Shown piece after piece: positions 23,716 to 38,520 of a DNA stretch of 64,000 bases. A model generated the notes under the pieces. It was not told the DNA's origin, searched no databases, and saw only the letters and a list, made by a program, of their open reading frames with translations. Position numbers and translations under genes: made by a program. Location: assembly GCA_028534125.1 (NCBI GenBank), contig CM052816.1, forward strand, positions 40,302,001 to 40,366,000, written 5' to 3'. The stretch comes from Lama glama. Its lineage: Eukaryota. How positions within the stretch are numbered: the stretch's first letter is position 1; every line of letters begins with the position of its first letter.

Positions 23716-26700
23716 AACTTATGTGTAAATTCTTCGAGGGCAGGAATTTGTAACATCATTGGTATTTAACAAATGTTAAATGAGGTTGGTGTTCAGTAAA
23801 TGTAAGTTAATATACAGAATGAATAAAAAAAAGTAAGATTTCTCATTTTCCTTAATAGTAATAATGTTTCTTTTACTCATATATCATGATTCTATGAGGA
23901 ATAAAAGTGATGGAAAGATAGAATGCAAATTCTTCAGGTTAATCAAATTCCATTAGTTGAAGGAAAAAGATTGACACTAAACGGATCTTCATGTATTTGT
24001 AGAATCTTAGAATTCTTACATACTTACACAGAAGTAAATGTAATCTCCTAAGTATTATAGAAGATACAAGGAATGTCTAGAGAGATTGTATAATTTTTTT
24101 AGTGGACAAAATTGCTGAAGGCTGGACTAAACTCAGATCTCCTGATTTTTAAAATTGGGCCCTTTTGCATTACACAATGTTTTCTAATCTGTCACTAGTG
24201 CTATCCCTCAGCCAGCAATTGGATAATAATGATTTACTCCCTTCATCTATAAAGGATTTAGGTCTTTTTTAAAGTTGGAACTTCTGTTAGTAAGAAAAAA
24301 AGTTTAAAATTAAATTAACTGATTTTGCTTATTCTAAATGGAGTTAATATGACTATTGGATATATGCAGCAAAGTTTAACTTTATGAGTATGATACCATT
24401 AAAAATAATTTAAGCTGTAATGAAATTTGTGACTGTGGTTTGAAGACCACTTTTGCCATGATTAATTAACAGCAGTGAATGAGTCTTCCTATTACATCAA
24501 GTAAACCCATTTTTAAAATTGAAAATAATGTATTGTATCTATAACGTTTACCTGAAAGGAAGACAAAGGATGTCAAAGAATAACAAGAATCATTGGGCAA
24601 ATGTGTAAATTTTCTGTTTAAAAAATTAAGATTTTTCCTTTAAAAATCAGCATCAAATATATTTGCTATGTGGATAGTTTCCTATGTAGATGGATTCCTT
24701 GTTAGGCTAATAAAGATACCCTATTAACTAGTTAATTATTGATTAACCTTATAATTAGATACTCTAATAAGAATATCCTCATCAAACTTCCATGCTCATG
24801 ATCACCATCAGCAATCAGCATAGACATACCAAGAAGGGTAATCTGAGTAGATCATCAAAGAAATATTTCCCTCCCATGAACATTGTTGCAATTTCCTAAT
24901 TTTGATTTTATGTAAAGGGTACAGTAAAATAAAACTATGATAGCAACCTACCTGTAACCTCAGGAATGCCCCAGAATCTGTATAAATCTGTTGGGTGAGT
25001 CTTATAGGTGGATGGGGAGGAGATAGCTTGTGCCTAAAACTTCTAAATGAAGCCAGGTGGTACGTCCATGCACATCAGATAAGTGATCACAAGACACAAG
25101 CTCATACTGCTGTTTAGATATTAATACAGCATCACTTTGCTGTTCATGCGCTCTGTTTATTCATTTATTTCTTGGCTTGCTTCTTGGTTTGGTTTTACTT
25201 ATGTTGCTATTGAAGATATTTACCCTATACATGGCCTGCATCCTGGCTTAGCACAGTGCAACCTCAAGAGAGGCCTTTGAAAAATTATAGAATATGTATA
25301 GAACTATTAATTGAAATTTTCATTTATCTTATTTAGTCTGTGTGAGAAAGCATCACTAAGTTAGGTAAAGGCAGTTAAGGGAAGTAGAAAACAGGAATTC
25401 CATTATTTAATATCTGCACTGTTCCTATGTGTTTTTTAACAAACAACTTTGTTCAACACGAATCACTGGAGGATACTGATAAATACAGCAGTTCTCAAAG
25501 CATACACTGAACATCCTGTCATGTGAAAACTACATATTCTCTCACAATAGAATAAACAGTTATGAAAAGCCAATTCTGTGCTTTAAAGTCAAGACAAATA
25601 CAGCAGAGGGAAAAGGAAGGAAAACAAGTATCCAAGAACGATGTCAATCACAAGTTGTTGCTTTAATTGTTATCTTTTTTGTCACCAGGAGAATACTTTC
25701 CATTCCTAGAATGTATGAGTCAAAGCTTGTTGATGAGAACTTTAAAAATAGATTTTGTGCTTTAGTGTGATTGACTCATTCATTCATCCTTTGAATCTCT
25801 CCAACCTACATGAGCCCTACATGAACATCTCCAGTACCCCCTCTTTGAGAGATGCTTCACACTCACACTCCATGGTCATTGGGCAGTCTGACCCCACTTT
25901 TGAACTCATCTGGCAAGCTCTGGGTGGGCACCTGACCCAAGGTAGGCCCTTCAGAATTCATTACAATGAATCTGGAACTGGCACTAAGATTGGACTCACA
26001 TCTGGGAATGTTTATTGAGTGGTTAAAATGTAAAAAGCCAGCCAGTCTTTCCGCTGTGTGAGCTCGGGTGTAGCCAAAGCTGATATGAGTATTGAAAAAA
26101 ATGGCATGATAGAAAGAGAGACAGAAACAAAAGAAAGATGAGTAGTGGATAGTGACTATAAGCTTGCTTTTGTTCATTTTGTTATTTTGTTGTTCTTAAC
26201 AACAAACAGCATGTTAGTTTCCAGTTCTGGAATTTTCCAAGATACTTTCATACCATTATGTTTTCTGACATTATGCTCTTATATTTTCTCTTTAGTTGGT
26301 TTCTTACATTGATTTACTGTCCTTTATTTGCTCCTGAAACAATCTTAATGTTAGTTCTGAGGATGAGCTACTGTGTTAGACACTGATATTTTAAATGAGA
26401 TATAGTCCCTATTTTTAAACCCTCACAGTGAAATGAAGGAACTAATGCCATAATGCAGTTTTAGTAAAGTTAAAATGGTAATGAATTTATAGAAAAGAGT
26501 TAGGAGGTACTGTAAGAATACAAAAGGGAGGTATGCTGCTGTACAACATTAAGTTAAAATTTTACAGATACTAAGTTAAAATAAATGATCACCCTTCAAT
26601 AAAAAAATGCATTTTTGATCCCTTCATTCATATGACTAAATAACTAAAAAAACTATCCCTTATAATGTAACCTGCAGTATCTAACTTCATCTGTATCACT

Positions 26701-29700
26701 AACATTTATTGGACTTAAATTGGCATACCTAACTTCTCTGCCAGAATCTGTAAAGAAAAACAGTAAAAAAAAAACCACAAACAACCAAAAAACAAACAAA
26801 CAAAAAATGTAAGGGGTTACATATAAGGGTGCAAAATCATCAATGTTATAATAATAAAAATAATAAAATAAATTACTGTAGGAATACATGCTCTTAATTT
26901 TATTTGGTTAAGTCTAATCTCTATGTGTCTAGTATAGATTTCTCATTAAAACAATTCTCCCAAACATGTAAAACAAGAATGCTTAATTTTGTGGAATGCT
27001 TCTGTGTTATGTATTGACAAATCAGAGTATTCTTAGATCATTTTACACAAATATATTGCCCTCACAGAATACTTCTAACAAAATGTGACAGTATTATATG
27101 AATGAGATTTTTCTAAAATTCTTTGCTTTTAAGAGTTTTAAATTGAAAGATAAATTTCTTAACTAAGTTTCATACAAGAATGCCTCTGAGAATAAATGCA
27201 GCTTTAAGTTAAGCTAGGGTTTCAAAATATTTGAATCTGAGAAAACCACTAAAATTTTTTTTTATAAAGCAGAATGGGTTAAAAGATCTTTAAACAAATA
27301 GTAATGAAAAATTGTGCCCAGTAATACTATAGTATTGAAAAGTGGTAGTGAAAGAGGAAGTATTTTGGTCTGGGAAATTTAATCTCATTCTGGAAAACAA
27401 TCTATCTCGCAGAATTATACTTTGGAGTGCTGGATCTTAAGTGTCTGCAAACTTCAGACTCTTGGCCTATTCAAATTAAAGCAACTGTTAGACATTTATC
27501 TGAGGTCACTAGAGAGAGGTCTTTTGTTAAAGGTAAAATTGTATGTCTAGTGGATACATTAGGAGAATTTTAGAATTAGAATTTAGCTTACTCTGTAGTG
27601 AAATCAAAATGCCTATGAAGAGAAGTGTTAATCAGAAAAGGATACAAGAAATGGTGAAAAAAAATCAACTGATTTCAATTTTTAAATGTTCATTTAAAAA
27701 ACATTTATTAAAGAACAAAGCAGATATATTAATTGAAGAAATATACTTTGTTTGTGCTGGTGTTCTATTTCTCTGATAAGCCGAAAAATCCTTTTCTGTA
27801 ATAATATGGAAAGAAAATCTAGAGAAGACATTGGGACAGTAGTCTCTTTTGGGGCTTGAAAGCTTCGGAACAACCAGAGAGCCCCAAGCCACTCCCATTT
27901 CCCCGTTTGAGTCTGTAAGTCTGTCATACTCAGGAAACTCCTGTTTTGCTCTATCACCATCTCCCACCATATTTTGGAAAATAAAGGCTTTGATTTCAGG
28001 TGTAACATCACTGAAAGCTGGGTGGGGACACTAGGGAGTTAAATTGTTGGTAGCCAGTCTGAAAGAAACAGAGGTTTTATTTCTAGACCCCCTTCTCACT
28101 TCAGTATTCATTGTGTCAATCCTGATGTAGTCTTACCTTTGCTTGCTCTCTAAAGAGAGCACACCATCTTTAAATTCTTCGTGGACCTCTTCCTCCTTTA
28201 GAATCCAATTTAAGACATTCTTCCTCTAGCATATCTTCTCTAATTAGTCTTTAGGCAGCTTATGTGTCTTGCTCAACTTCTATCAATTTAACTCTGCAAA
28301 TTAGTAAATATAAGCATACACTATCTGTGTCCTATGTAATTAATGTACTTAGATTTCCCACATTTCTTCTGAAAATTTGTTTTGTGATGTTTAGAGTCAA
28401 ATATACTATTAAAGTTTCTATCATTGAGGTAGGTGGCTCTATAGAAAAGCATTGATTGGATGAAAGCATTCAGTTACAATAAATAAAACTTTTTTCTCTT
28501 TTTTTTCTTTTTGATTTTCAGAATAGAGAATCTTGATAAGCTTTTTGTGTGGGTAGGGGCAGAGGAAGATGGGGAAACTCAAACATTCAAATTGGTTAGT
28601 TTTATAACACATACAATCTAATATATTTCTAAATAACTTTAAATTGTGCAAAAAGATCAGTTCATATATTTAAGAGCAACTACCTTTGAGCTTCAAACAG
28701 ATTTATTTCAGAAAAATATTTCATTTAATGGAATTTAAAGGGCAGACTTTCAGGAAAAAACAATAATTAATTGCATTAAGAATTACATGCTCTGAGGCTA
28801 ACATGATTTCTTTTACAAAACCAATATTACAGAGTGGTGAATAGGTCTTAGCTATAACTGGAAATTGGTCACTAGGAACCAAAACTGAGGACAGGGAGGC
28901 TTAAGTACCCTATATTCTAGGGATTGCTGAGGACAAATGAAGACAGATACTTCTTTGAGTGTATTTAAAGGACACTATCACTCCTGTCCTACTATCATTT
29001 CTGTCCTACTGTGCACTTGAAGATGTCCTTAAGGAGAAAAGTAGAGAAAAGAAAGACTTGATAGAGAATAGTTGAAGGCAAAGAGTAGGGGAAAAATATT
29101 TCAAGTTTCTAGCCCACTAAGTTTAGATTCGATAAAATAGTTTGCACTAGCTCAGCAGTTTCCACCATCGTTTTTGGACTGCCTTCTGTGAAGGATTCTC
29201 AGCAGTGTAATGCTATGTGCCTACAAGTTAGCTTCCATGTAAGAATGACCTCCATGCAGAATTTCTCTTTGGAAGATGAAAGCTGTATAGGTTGTAGCTT
29301 TGCAGTTTCTGCCTCACATAGGTTAAGAAACATAAAAAGTAAATCATTAGGCGATGGGACAGTAGTCACATCTAACATAATTACTGTTAGCATTTTTAAC
29401 TTTTAGCTGTAAAATATAGTATGCAGTGTTAAAGTACATGGCAAATCTGTATCATATGATCTGAAACTATCAATTGCATTAATTAATTTATGGCTTAGCA
29501 TTATTAGAATTATGTGATCTAAAAGAACAAAAAACTGTTATCCTATATCTCCAAGGTTTAATAAACTCTCAGTATATTTGTTCCAGGCATAATCATCATA
29601 AAAAATTCTCCAAAGCAATGATTTTATTTGGTTTATTTAATGCAGACAATTAAATCAAAATACAGTAGCTCAAACTCTGCTTTGATTATTACAACGTGTT

Positions 29701-30083
29701 TAAAATTATCTTTCACTGGGGCTTATTAAGAAATGATGTGTTCAGGTTTGTATTTTTCAAGTACTAAGAAAATTAAGTTAATATTTATATAATAACTTTA
29801 AGATCACTAAAAGGTTACTAATTTTATTTATAATTTCCAAGTTTTCACGTCAGAACAGTAACTTCCAATGTGAGGTTTTCAGCATTCTAGGATTTTTCTG
29901 CTTAATTTGAGTACCCCAAAGTTTCAAGCAATTTTCTTTTAAAAAAAATCAATTATAATTCATTTAAATTGAAATATTTTTACTGAATGTTAATACTACA
30001 CTTTCTGTCAAATAATTGAATTTAAAAAGTGAAAAAGACAATTACCAGAGATGTATTAATGTACTTTTTATAAATTCTGTATC

Positions 30084-30123
<40 letters not shown>

Positions 30124-30156
30124 CCTATCTACCTATCTACCTATCTATCATCTATC
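30084..30156. repeat. Compound (TCTA)n/(CCTA) tetranucleotide STR
   Basis: Read directly. Confidence 0.95.
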
Positions 30157-30168
30157 GATATAGTAGGG

Positions 30169-30350
30169 CAGTTGTTTTCTTAGAGAATGAGACCCATAGC
30201 ATAAGCATCACCTGGGGACTTGTTAGAATTGAAAATTCTCAGGTACCAGTCCAGGCTATTGATTCAGAAACTTTGGGCTGGGCCCAGGAATCTGAGCTTT
30301 TATAAGCCCACTACATGATCTGGAAGCATGCTATGTTTTAAGAACCACTA
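30169..30350. mobile_element. MER5A MITE
   Basis: gcatcacctggggacttgttagaattgaaaattctcagg...tcagaaact...gggcccaggaatctg...agaaccact; 8-bp TSD tagtaggg/cagtaggg. Confidence 0.8.
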
Positions 30351-30424
30351 CAGTAGGGTATTGCTACTAGGAAAAGATTAAAACAGATTGATAATTGGTT
30401 CTCTGTAAGTTGAATCTTGTAAGA

Positions 30425-30588
30425 TTAGTTTCAGTCTTGGTTACTCATTAGAATCATCCGGGGAAAAATTCTAATGCCAGAGTCACAGCCGAAACCAAGT
30501 GAGATTCTCTGGGGCCTGGGACTCAGGTATATTTTGTAAATTACCCCATGTAATTATAATGTGCAGTCAAATTTGGGAATCTCTACTC
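30425..30588. mobile_element. Second MER5-type MITE
   Basis: cattagaatcatccgggga...ccccatgtaattataatgtgcagtcaaatttgggaa. Confidence 0.6.
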
Positions 30589-31294
30589 TTATGGCGTGAG
30601 CTCTTGTAGGAGTAGGGCCCTGTGAGACTTATAAAGATATTTCTTAAATGTTAGGGCTGCCTTTTGAGGGGATAGCAAATGAAGGGGCTTGAATGCAGAG
30701 ATATTACAGGTACCTTTTGTCTTGGGCATTCCACAGCCTTCAAACCATCTGGAATGGCCAGAGTTGATGCATTCCTAGATTTCTCTTTACTTTTCAGAAT
30801 TTAGTGGGGAAAAAACCCCCAGAAATTTGAAGAACATAGCTATAAAAGAAAAATAACACAGTGTGTCCTAGACAAACCGGAATTAATAGAGAAGCTAGTT
30901 CAGTTAATTTAAAGTAAGCCTAATAAGTATCTGCAGAAAACAGAGAATATTGGTAATATGAAGGAGGAACAAGTAATTATAAAGAAGAATAAAGCGGAAA
31001 TACTAAACATTAAAAAAGAATTCTTGCCTCATTCTACTCTTTTCCATCACTGCCTATATTCCTCTGGAATGTCATAATGAATCAGAATTTAGCCCTGCTT
31101 TATTTAGAAATTCCTTTCCTTCCCCTCTTCCTTCTTTCCATTTCGAGTGTTTTATGCATGCTTGTAGACGTTAATGAATTTAAATAAATTAATTATTCAC
31201 CCTTGCTTGTTGTATATCTGTCCAATGTAATGCAGAAAATAATAAAAGATAGTATCTAACAGGAATTATCTCTGCCCTCTTTTCCTAAATGGCA

Positions 31295-31391
31295 GTAGCA
31301 ATCCTTCCTTCAATAGTAACAACCAAGAATGTCTCTCAACATTGTCAAATGCCCTCTGGGAGACAAAAATCATGCCATTTGAGAGCCACTG
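31295..31391 (+). mobile_element. MER20 3' half
   Basis: aacaaccaagaatgtctctcaacattgtcaaatgccctctgggagacaaaaatc...ttgagagccactg. Confidence 0.75.
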
Positions 31392-34300
31392 GTAAACACC
31401 ATTCTGGCTTCTCTCACCATAGATTAATTTTGCCTATTACTGAGTTTCACATAATTGGAATTAGATGGTATGCATTTTTTCTCTCTTGTCTACTCAACTC
31501 ATCATTGTCCTTGAGTATAGATTTATTCTTGCTGTTAAAGTAGATGTTTTAACCATTGTTACCAGATTGATATCTATTGTTGTGTTTGGCTGAATTTCTT
31601 TTTTTTATGAATGTGGCATTCCATTGTATAAATGTACTATAATTTATTTAATATATTCTCTTGCTGATAGACATTTGATTTCTAAATTTCACAAGTACAA
31701 ATAAAGCTGATGTGATTATTTTTGTACATATCATTCTGTGGCTATGCACTCTTCTGTCAATGTTGATATTCTTTTCACATTGATGTTCATTTAATCTAAA
31801 AAGTTCTATTATGAGAAGATACCACTGAGAGAACAAAAAGGCAAGTTGCACTGAGAGAAGATATTTCAGTACATAATTCTCATCAAGGAACTCATATCTA
31901 AATATGTAGAGCTCCAATAAATCTGTAAGGAAAAGACAATCAAAGAAAAATGACAAAAAACTTGAGCAGGCTCTTGACAAAAAAGAGTATATAAAATGAC
32001 CAATAACCATATGAAAAGGTGCTCAATCCAACAGTCATAAAAGATATGTCAGCTAAAACAATAGTTAGATGACCCTGCACAGCCACCAAAATGGCTAAAC
32101 TTAGAGACTGACATTACAAAGTACTGGAAATGTGGTGAAGAAAACCTGGATCTTTCACATTGCTTACCCTGTGAAACATTCTCACTATAAAATAAACAAA
32201 ATGGTCTGACAGATGAACATTTGGGTTGTTTCTAATATTTTGTCATTAGAAACAATACAGTGATAAACGTTCTTGTATTTTCATCTTTGTACTTCATGTG
32301 AGAATTGGTTCTAGATTTCTAAAACAGCCTGTTTCACTATGACTTACAGGACCCTTTAATAGATCATGGATATTAACTCTTTTATGTTATGTATGTTGAA
32401 AATAGTTTTTTCTTGTATCACTTCTTTTAATTTTGTTTATAAACTGGTAATATAAAGAACTTTAAAATTTTAATGTCATATCTATCAGTTCTTCCTTTTA
32501 TGGCTTCTTGTTCATATCTTGGTTAGAAAAGTCTTCTCTTATCTCAGGAATATTCAAAAATATTTTTCTAATATGTTTTACATAAAATTTGTATTGTCAA
32601 ATCATTTATAGTTTACTTTTCATTATGATACAGGGATAGTATCATCATATTATTTATTCCTTGTTGAAGTGAAATTTTCTCTTTGCTATATACTAATTCT
32701 ACGTATATGTATGTGTCCTTTTCTTGACTCACTTGCTTCTTTTCATCTATTGTCCATTACTGCATCAATACTACATTTAAAACACTTCAGCTTTATTTTC
32801 CTTTTCTTCCTTTTCAAAAATGTCCTGGCTATTCTCGAATGTTTACTCATCCAGATAAGCTATAGAATAAATCTGTTGTTCTCTCCACCAAAAAAAAATA
32901 ACTTCTGATATCTGATTGAGTTTGGCGTTTACTGTTGAATCATTTTATGTTTTTATGATATGAAATCTTTTCATCTAAATGTATATTATGTATTTCCCTT
33001 AACTTTTATATACTTTGTAACATAAGGTTTGTAGTTTATTTTAGAGATCTTACACATTTCTTATTTGATTTATTCTTATATGTTTCATAGTTATTGCTGT
33101 TACTGTGGATTTGAAGTTATTTTCTCATTTTCAAAAAGATTTAGTTTATGAAAAAGGTATTAAGTTCAGTATATTGATATTGGGCCTGGCGCTAGTTACC
33201 ACATTCTCCTAGAACATCTGATAATATTTTGTCTTAGTAAATTTTATTCTTCCAAGTAAGTGTTGTATTCTTGGAAGTAATGAAAATTTGTCTCATTATT
33301 TTAAAAGTTTTAATTCTGACTTATTTCAATTGATACATTGCTTCAATCATGACCTCAAGTACTATGCCAAATTCTGGAATTCTGGTAGTGTTAGTGACCA
33401 TTATTGTTTCTACCTTTTCCTTTTTTTTTTTTTTTTTTTTTGTTTCTTTCCCTACTTAAACAGTAGTTCTTAACACCTAGGTATATAGGTACACAGAGTC
33501 TGCATTTGTTTTCTAGACATGGGTTGGTTTTATCATAAGTGAGTTTCCTTCAAGTGCAAAATAAATGCTGAATCTTAACTAGTATGGTCAGTCCTTTCTG
33601 CCATTCTACTCAATGGCTCACTTCCTCTGAAATGAGCATAATGTAGGAATTCAGGAATCTGTCTATTCAGATGAACTTAGTTCCTGTTTGCCTCTCATTG
33701 TGAAAGACTTTTCTAAGATAACTTTTTATTCTGGTGTTTAAGTGTATGTATTCTTCAACCAACAGGGCCACTAAACGCAAAGCAAATATTTAATCTGTTA
33801 TAATCTGGTGTACCTACAGAGTAATATAGTATTGACCAGGTTTACAAACACAAAGCAACATATTATGTTGTTATGAGCATTTTAAAGGGGTTTTTAGGGG
33901 TAATTTCAAATATTAAAAAACAGATTTTTACCTTAGAGACTGATTTCAGAACCTAATCCTCTTGTAAAATGCAAATCCTCTGCATCTTTATAAATGAAAT
34001 GAATCTGTGATTTTCTGTTTTTGTGCTATGTATGTTAGCATTAGGTGTCAGGGTTCAGTTAGATTTCTAAAATAAATTGGAGACCAGTTATTTTTTATCT
34101 GTGCTCTTAAATATTTTAAATAGTATGGAATAAGGAAAAAGTAGATCACTGATTAGCCTTTCCACTTATAGTTTAGTTTATTTAGGTTTCCAAATTTTTC
34201 AATCAGCTCTGGTAATTTATGGTACTATACATTTCTTATATAAAATACTATATATTTCTAAATTTAACATAAGGTAATTTTGTTCCCATATAATTTTTAA

Positions 34301-37250
34301 TCTTATGTGTCATTATATTCCTGGTATAATTGATAATGTTGTTTACTTTTTATTTCTCTCTGATTTTTTTCTTTTTGAGGCTCACTATATGTTTGCCTGT
34401 TTTTTTGGTCATTTCAAAATTCCATCTCTTATTCTTACTAATCATGCTTTTAAAAAATGTGATAAGAATACTTAACTTGAGATTTATCACCTTAACAAAT
34501 TTTTGGTATACAATACACTGTTGTTGACTATAGGTACAGTGTTGTATAGCAGCTCTCTAGAGTTTATCTTAGCTAACTGAAACTTTGTACCTATCAATTA
34601 CTTCCCACTTCCTACTCCTCCCAGCCCTGGGTAACCACCATTTTAGTTGTTGATTTTGTGCATTTGACTATTTTAGATACCTTATATAAGTAGAATCATG
34701 TAGTTACCTTTCTTTGACTGGCTTATTTCACTTAGCATAATTTCCTCAAAGTTCATCCATGTCATCACAGATCACAGAATTTCCTGTTTCTTTTTTTTTA
34801 AGACTGAATAGTTTCCCATTGTATGTATCATACCACATTTTCTTTATCCACTCATCTGTCCATGGACATTTAGGTTGTGTCTGGATGTTTTGGTTGTGTC
34901 CATGCCATACCTATTGTGAATAGTGCTACAATGAGTATTGGGGTGCTAATATTTCTTTGAGATTCTGATTTCAATTCTTTCAGATACATATCCAGAGGTG
35001 GGTGTGCTAGATCATATGATAGTTCTATTATTAGAATTTTAAGAAACTTTCTTTGCTTTCCATAGTGGCTGAACGATTTTGCATTCTCATCAACAGTGTA
35101 CAAAGTTTCTACTTTCTCCATATCCTCACCAACACTTGTCTTATATTTTGATAATGGCCATCCTGACAGATGTAAGATGATACCTGATTTTGATTTTGAT
35201 TGCATTTGCCTGATGATTTGTGACAAAGAGCATTTTTTTGTATACCTATTGGCCATTTGTATATCTTCTTTGGAGAAATGTCTATTTAAGTCTTTGGCCC
35301 ACTTTTTAACTGGGTTATTAGTTTTGTGGTTATTGAGTTATAGGTGTTCCTTATGTTATTTGGAGATTAACCTCTTTGTATATGCTTTGAAAATATTTTC
35401 TCCCAGTCAGTAGATACCTTTTCACTCTGTTGATTGTTTCCTTTGCTGTGCAGAGATTTTTATGCTTGATGTAATTAAAGCCCAGAAGTCACTTTTTGCA
35501 GAATTAAGGGGAAAAAAAAAACCAGTTCTCCAGTTCATATGGAACCACAGAAGACTATGAATAACCAAATTAATCCTGAGAAAGAACAACGCTTTAGGTA
35601 TTATACTTCCTGATTTCAAAATATATTATCAGGCTTCAGTAATCAAAACAGTATTGTACTGGCATAAATACAGACATATTGACCAATGGAACAGAATAGA
35701 GAATCTAGAAATAGATCCATGCTTATATGGTCACTTGATCTTTGATAAGGGCGCCAGGAATACACAATGAGGGAAGTAGTCTCTTCAACAAATGATGTTG
35801 GTAAAACTGGATTTCACATATAAAAACATGAAATTGAACCCTTATTTTTCTCAATACACAAAAATCAACTCAAAGTGGATAAAATACTTAAATATAAAAC
35901 CTGAAACTAACACTTCTAGGACAAAATGTGAGGGAAAATCTTCATGACAGTGGTCTTGGCAGTGATTTCATAGCTATGACATCAAAAGGACAGGCAACAA
36001 AGGCAAAAATAAACAAGTGAGACTACTTGCTAGCTTTTTTGAGGGGCTTACTTTTAAAATCCACCAAATATCATCCACATAAATTCGATTAATATATTGT
36101 TCTTTATCTGCCTTCTTAAGTTAAATACACAAGTCATTTATTTTCTCTACCTTCTCTAATTAAAGGAGTTACAATGAATATTTTTTACTGCATAGAGCCT
36201 TGGCTGAATCCCATAAGTATTCCATATAATGTTTTTATCAGTATTAATTTCCAAAAGAGTTTTTAAAAATTTAGTCTCCTCTTTTAAGAAAAATTATCTA
36301 GAGGATTGATTTTTTAAAATTCTGTTTTATATTAATGTTAAAAACTCTGTATTGCCTTGAAGTAAGGATATGTTGACTTTATAGTTACTATTTGGACATT
36401 TTATTGAGAGTTATCTTTGTGACAAATGACAACTGATTTTATGAATAATATTTGTAAATTTTAAAAGAATATATCTGCAAGCTATGGTATAAAATTCTAG
36501 GATTGAGGATGATATTTAAATCTCTTGTATCATTTGTTTGTCTCCTCAGCCTGGTGAATTCTGAGGGAAATAAGTTATTGTCTCCTAATATGAGTTCTTT
36601 TAAGAGGGAGGAAGGATGAAAAAGGATCTTTGTTTCTAAAAGATACTTTACTTTATATATTTTGCTGCTACATTGAAGGAATGTTTGTTTATAAATACTC
36701 ATAATATTATAGCTTTTCCCATTATGAAAGATTCACATTTGTTCCACAGAATAGATCTTTTTCTTGAGTAGTGTTATCTGATATAAAACTTCCATTTTAC
36801 AATATTTGTTTACCTTTATCTCATATTTTTGCCTACATATTCATTTACTCATTTTTACTTTTTATAGTATAAACTACATATACATGGATTTACTTTCCTC
36901 TTTTTTTAATATATAAAAATTTTAAATCTTTATTTACACTTATTATACAAATCTTTTATTTGTCATATTTATCCTGGCTGATTTTATATTTCTTGTTTAT
37001 TAGGCTTTCTTATATTAGGCTTATATATTCTTGTCTTTTATGACTTTTGTTGAAATCAGACTTACTCATTTCATTTTTCCCTTTCATGATTTGGAAGTTT
37101 TTGTGTCAAATTTGTATTTTCCTTGAGGTGTGTTTAATTTTTAGAAAACATATGAATAGGTATAAATTTTGAGTTAATGTGATGCTTTTCTGAGCTCTCA
37201 TCCTTTTTACATGTTTTTTCTATTTCTAAAATTTTTGAAGATCAGTTTCA
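31392..37250. mobile_element. Cluster of old L1M fragments (mostly minus; plus-strand piece ~31800-32170)
   Basis: L1 ORF2/3' UTR motifs such as aaggaactcatatctaaatatgtagagctcc...catatgaaaaggtgctcaa and gatgaacatttgggttgtttcta. Confidence 0.7.
34448..36026 (-). mobile_element. L1MA9-like element with 5' inversion
   Basis: Minus-strand 3' end and ORF2 C-terminus (34448-35473; ORF 34870-35256 [12 protein letters not shown]...[19 protein letters not shown]) followed by a plus-strand ORF2 segment (35474-36026). Confidence 0.85.
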
Positions 37251-37499
37251 AGTCAAGTGTTCTGAAATGTTACTGTATAATACAATGGTGGAATTTTTGT
37301 GTATGTGATTGTCACATTGTAATTTATTAAAAAGTTAGTTACTAGGATTTTTTTCACTTTTATAGTCTTCCCAGTGTCTCAAAACTTCATTTAGGAATGT
37401 TGAAGTTACAGTTATCCCACTGTAGCTGTGAAACAACAATTTCAGTCTGAGCTTTTATGTGCAAGAAGTTCTAGATGGTGGAGTCTCCAGGAGAAAAAG

Positions 37500-38520
37500 A
37501 GGAGGGTTGTGAAAATGAATACCTGACTCTTCCCGGAAAACCTGTCTGTTTATTTTGGGAGATAGATGCATAACTGACCTAGTCAAATCCAAATGTATCA
37601 GTGATGAATAGAGATGAACTGGATTTCTAGTCAGGGAAGAAAATAAGGGCAGAAGGAAGAACATGAGCAAAAGAATAAGAGAAGGTGTGAAAATGGCTGG
37701 CATGTTCACATACCAAACAATGATGGAATGAGTCCAAAGCCAAAAAGACATGGGCTGAGTGGCGAGGGATACAACTAGAAGTAACAATAGGTATGTGAAT
37801 GAGTGGATTGGATGTATGGACTTTATCCTGTTTGCAATTAAAATAATTGAAAGATTTTGTTCAAGGAAATAATATGTAAAGGTTTACATTTAAGAATGAT
37901 AACTCAGACAGTGAATGAAAGATGACTTAGAGAAAGCTGATATTAGAAAGTGTTGAACACGTGGTGATGGAAGAGAAAATGGAAGCAGGGAGTTATTTAA
38001 ACATGTTGTTGCCACCCATTTATCAAAATTCATAAACAAATTGAGTGTGGGTATTACTGGAGTTGGAGTGGTCAGAGCTGCCTCTTAGATTTCAAGTATG
38101 AGTGACTGGTGGATGCAGAAGTCATTAACTGAGCATAAACAAGGCAGAAAAGCAGGGTTTTTTATATATGAAATTTGGGTAAGTAGTGGAATTGAGCAGT
38201 CAGATAAACTTGAATTCAAATCACTGCACTTACCTTTAATATTTTTTGACATTGTGCATGTTACATGTTACTGGAAGGCATAAGCTTGATAAGCATGGGT
38301 GACAATTACTCTTGAGAGTCTCTGTCAGAAGCAGAGACAAAATGGAAACTGAAATACATTACGTATTTTCTCCATTTTCTGAGTGGAGAGGACTGACTGT
38401 GTTTGAAGGCCAAGGTGAGGGTGTCAGTCATGAGGCAGGGTAGGGATTCAAGGAGAGCAGTCAACGTACAGTAAAACCACTAAGAAGAATGAGAAAGGAA
38501 GTCAATAAGCAAGTACTGAC
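37500..38520 (-). mobile_element. L2 fragments
   Basis: Purine-rich; ggactttatcctgtttgcaat...ttgaaagattttg and gtcattaactgagcataaac...agcagg. Confidence 0.5.

Noticed and set aside
27665..28034. Overlapping ~100-aa ORFs and an 8-bp stem (ttggggct...agccccaa)
   Set aside because: No recognisable homology or splice structure; an 8-bp inverted repeat is expected by chance in 64 kb.
34870..35619. ORFs of 128, 105 and 65 aa
   Set aside because: Remnants of L1 ORF2 and its antisense, not host genes.
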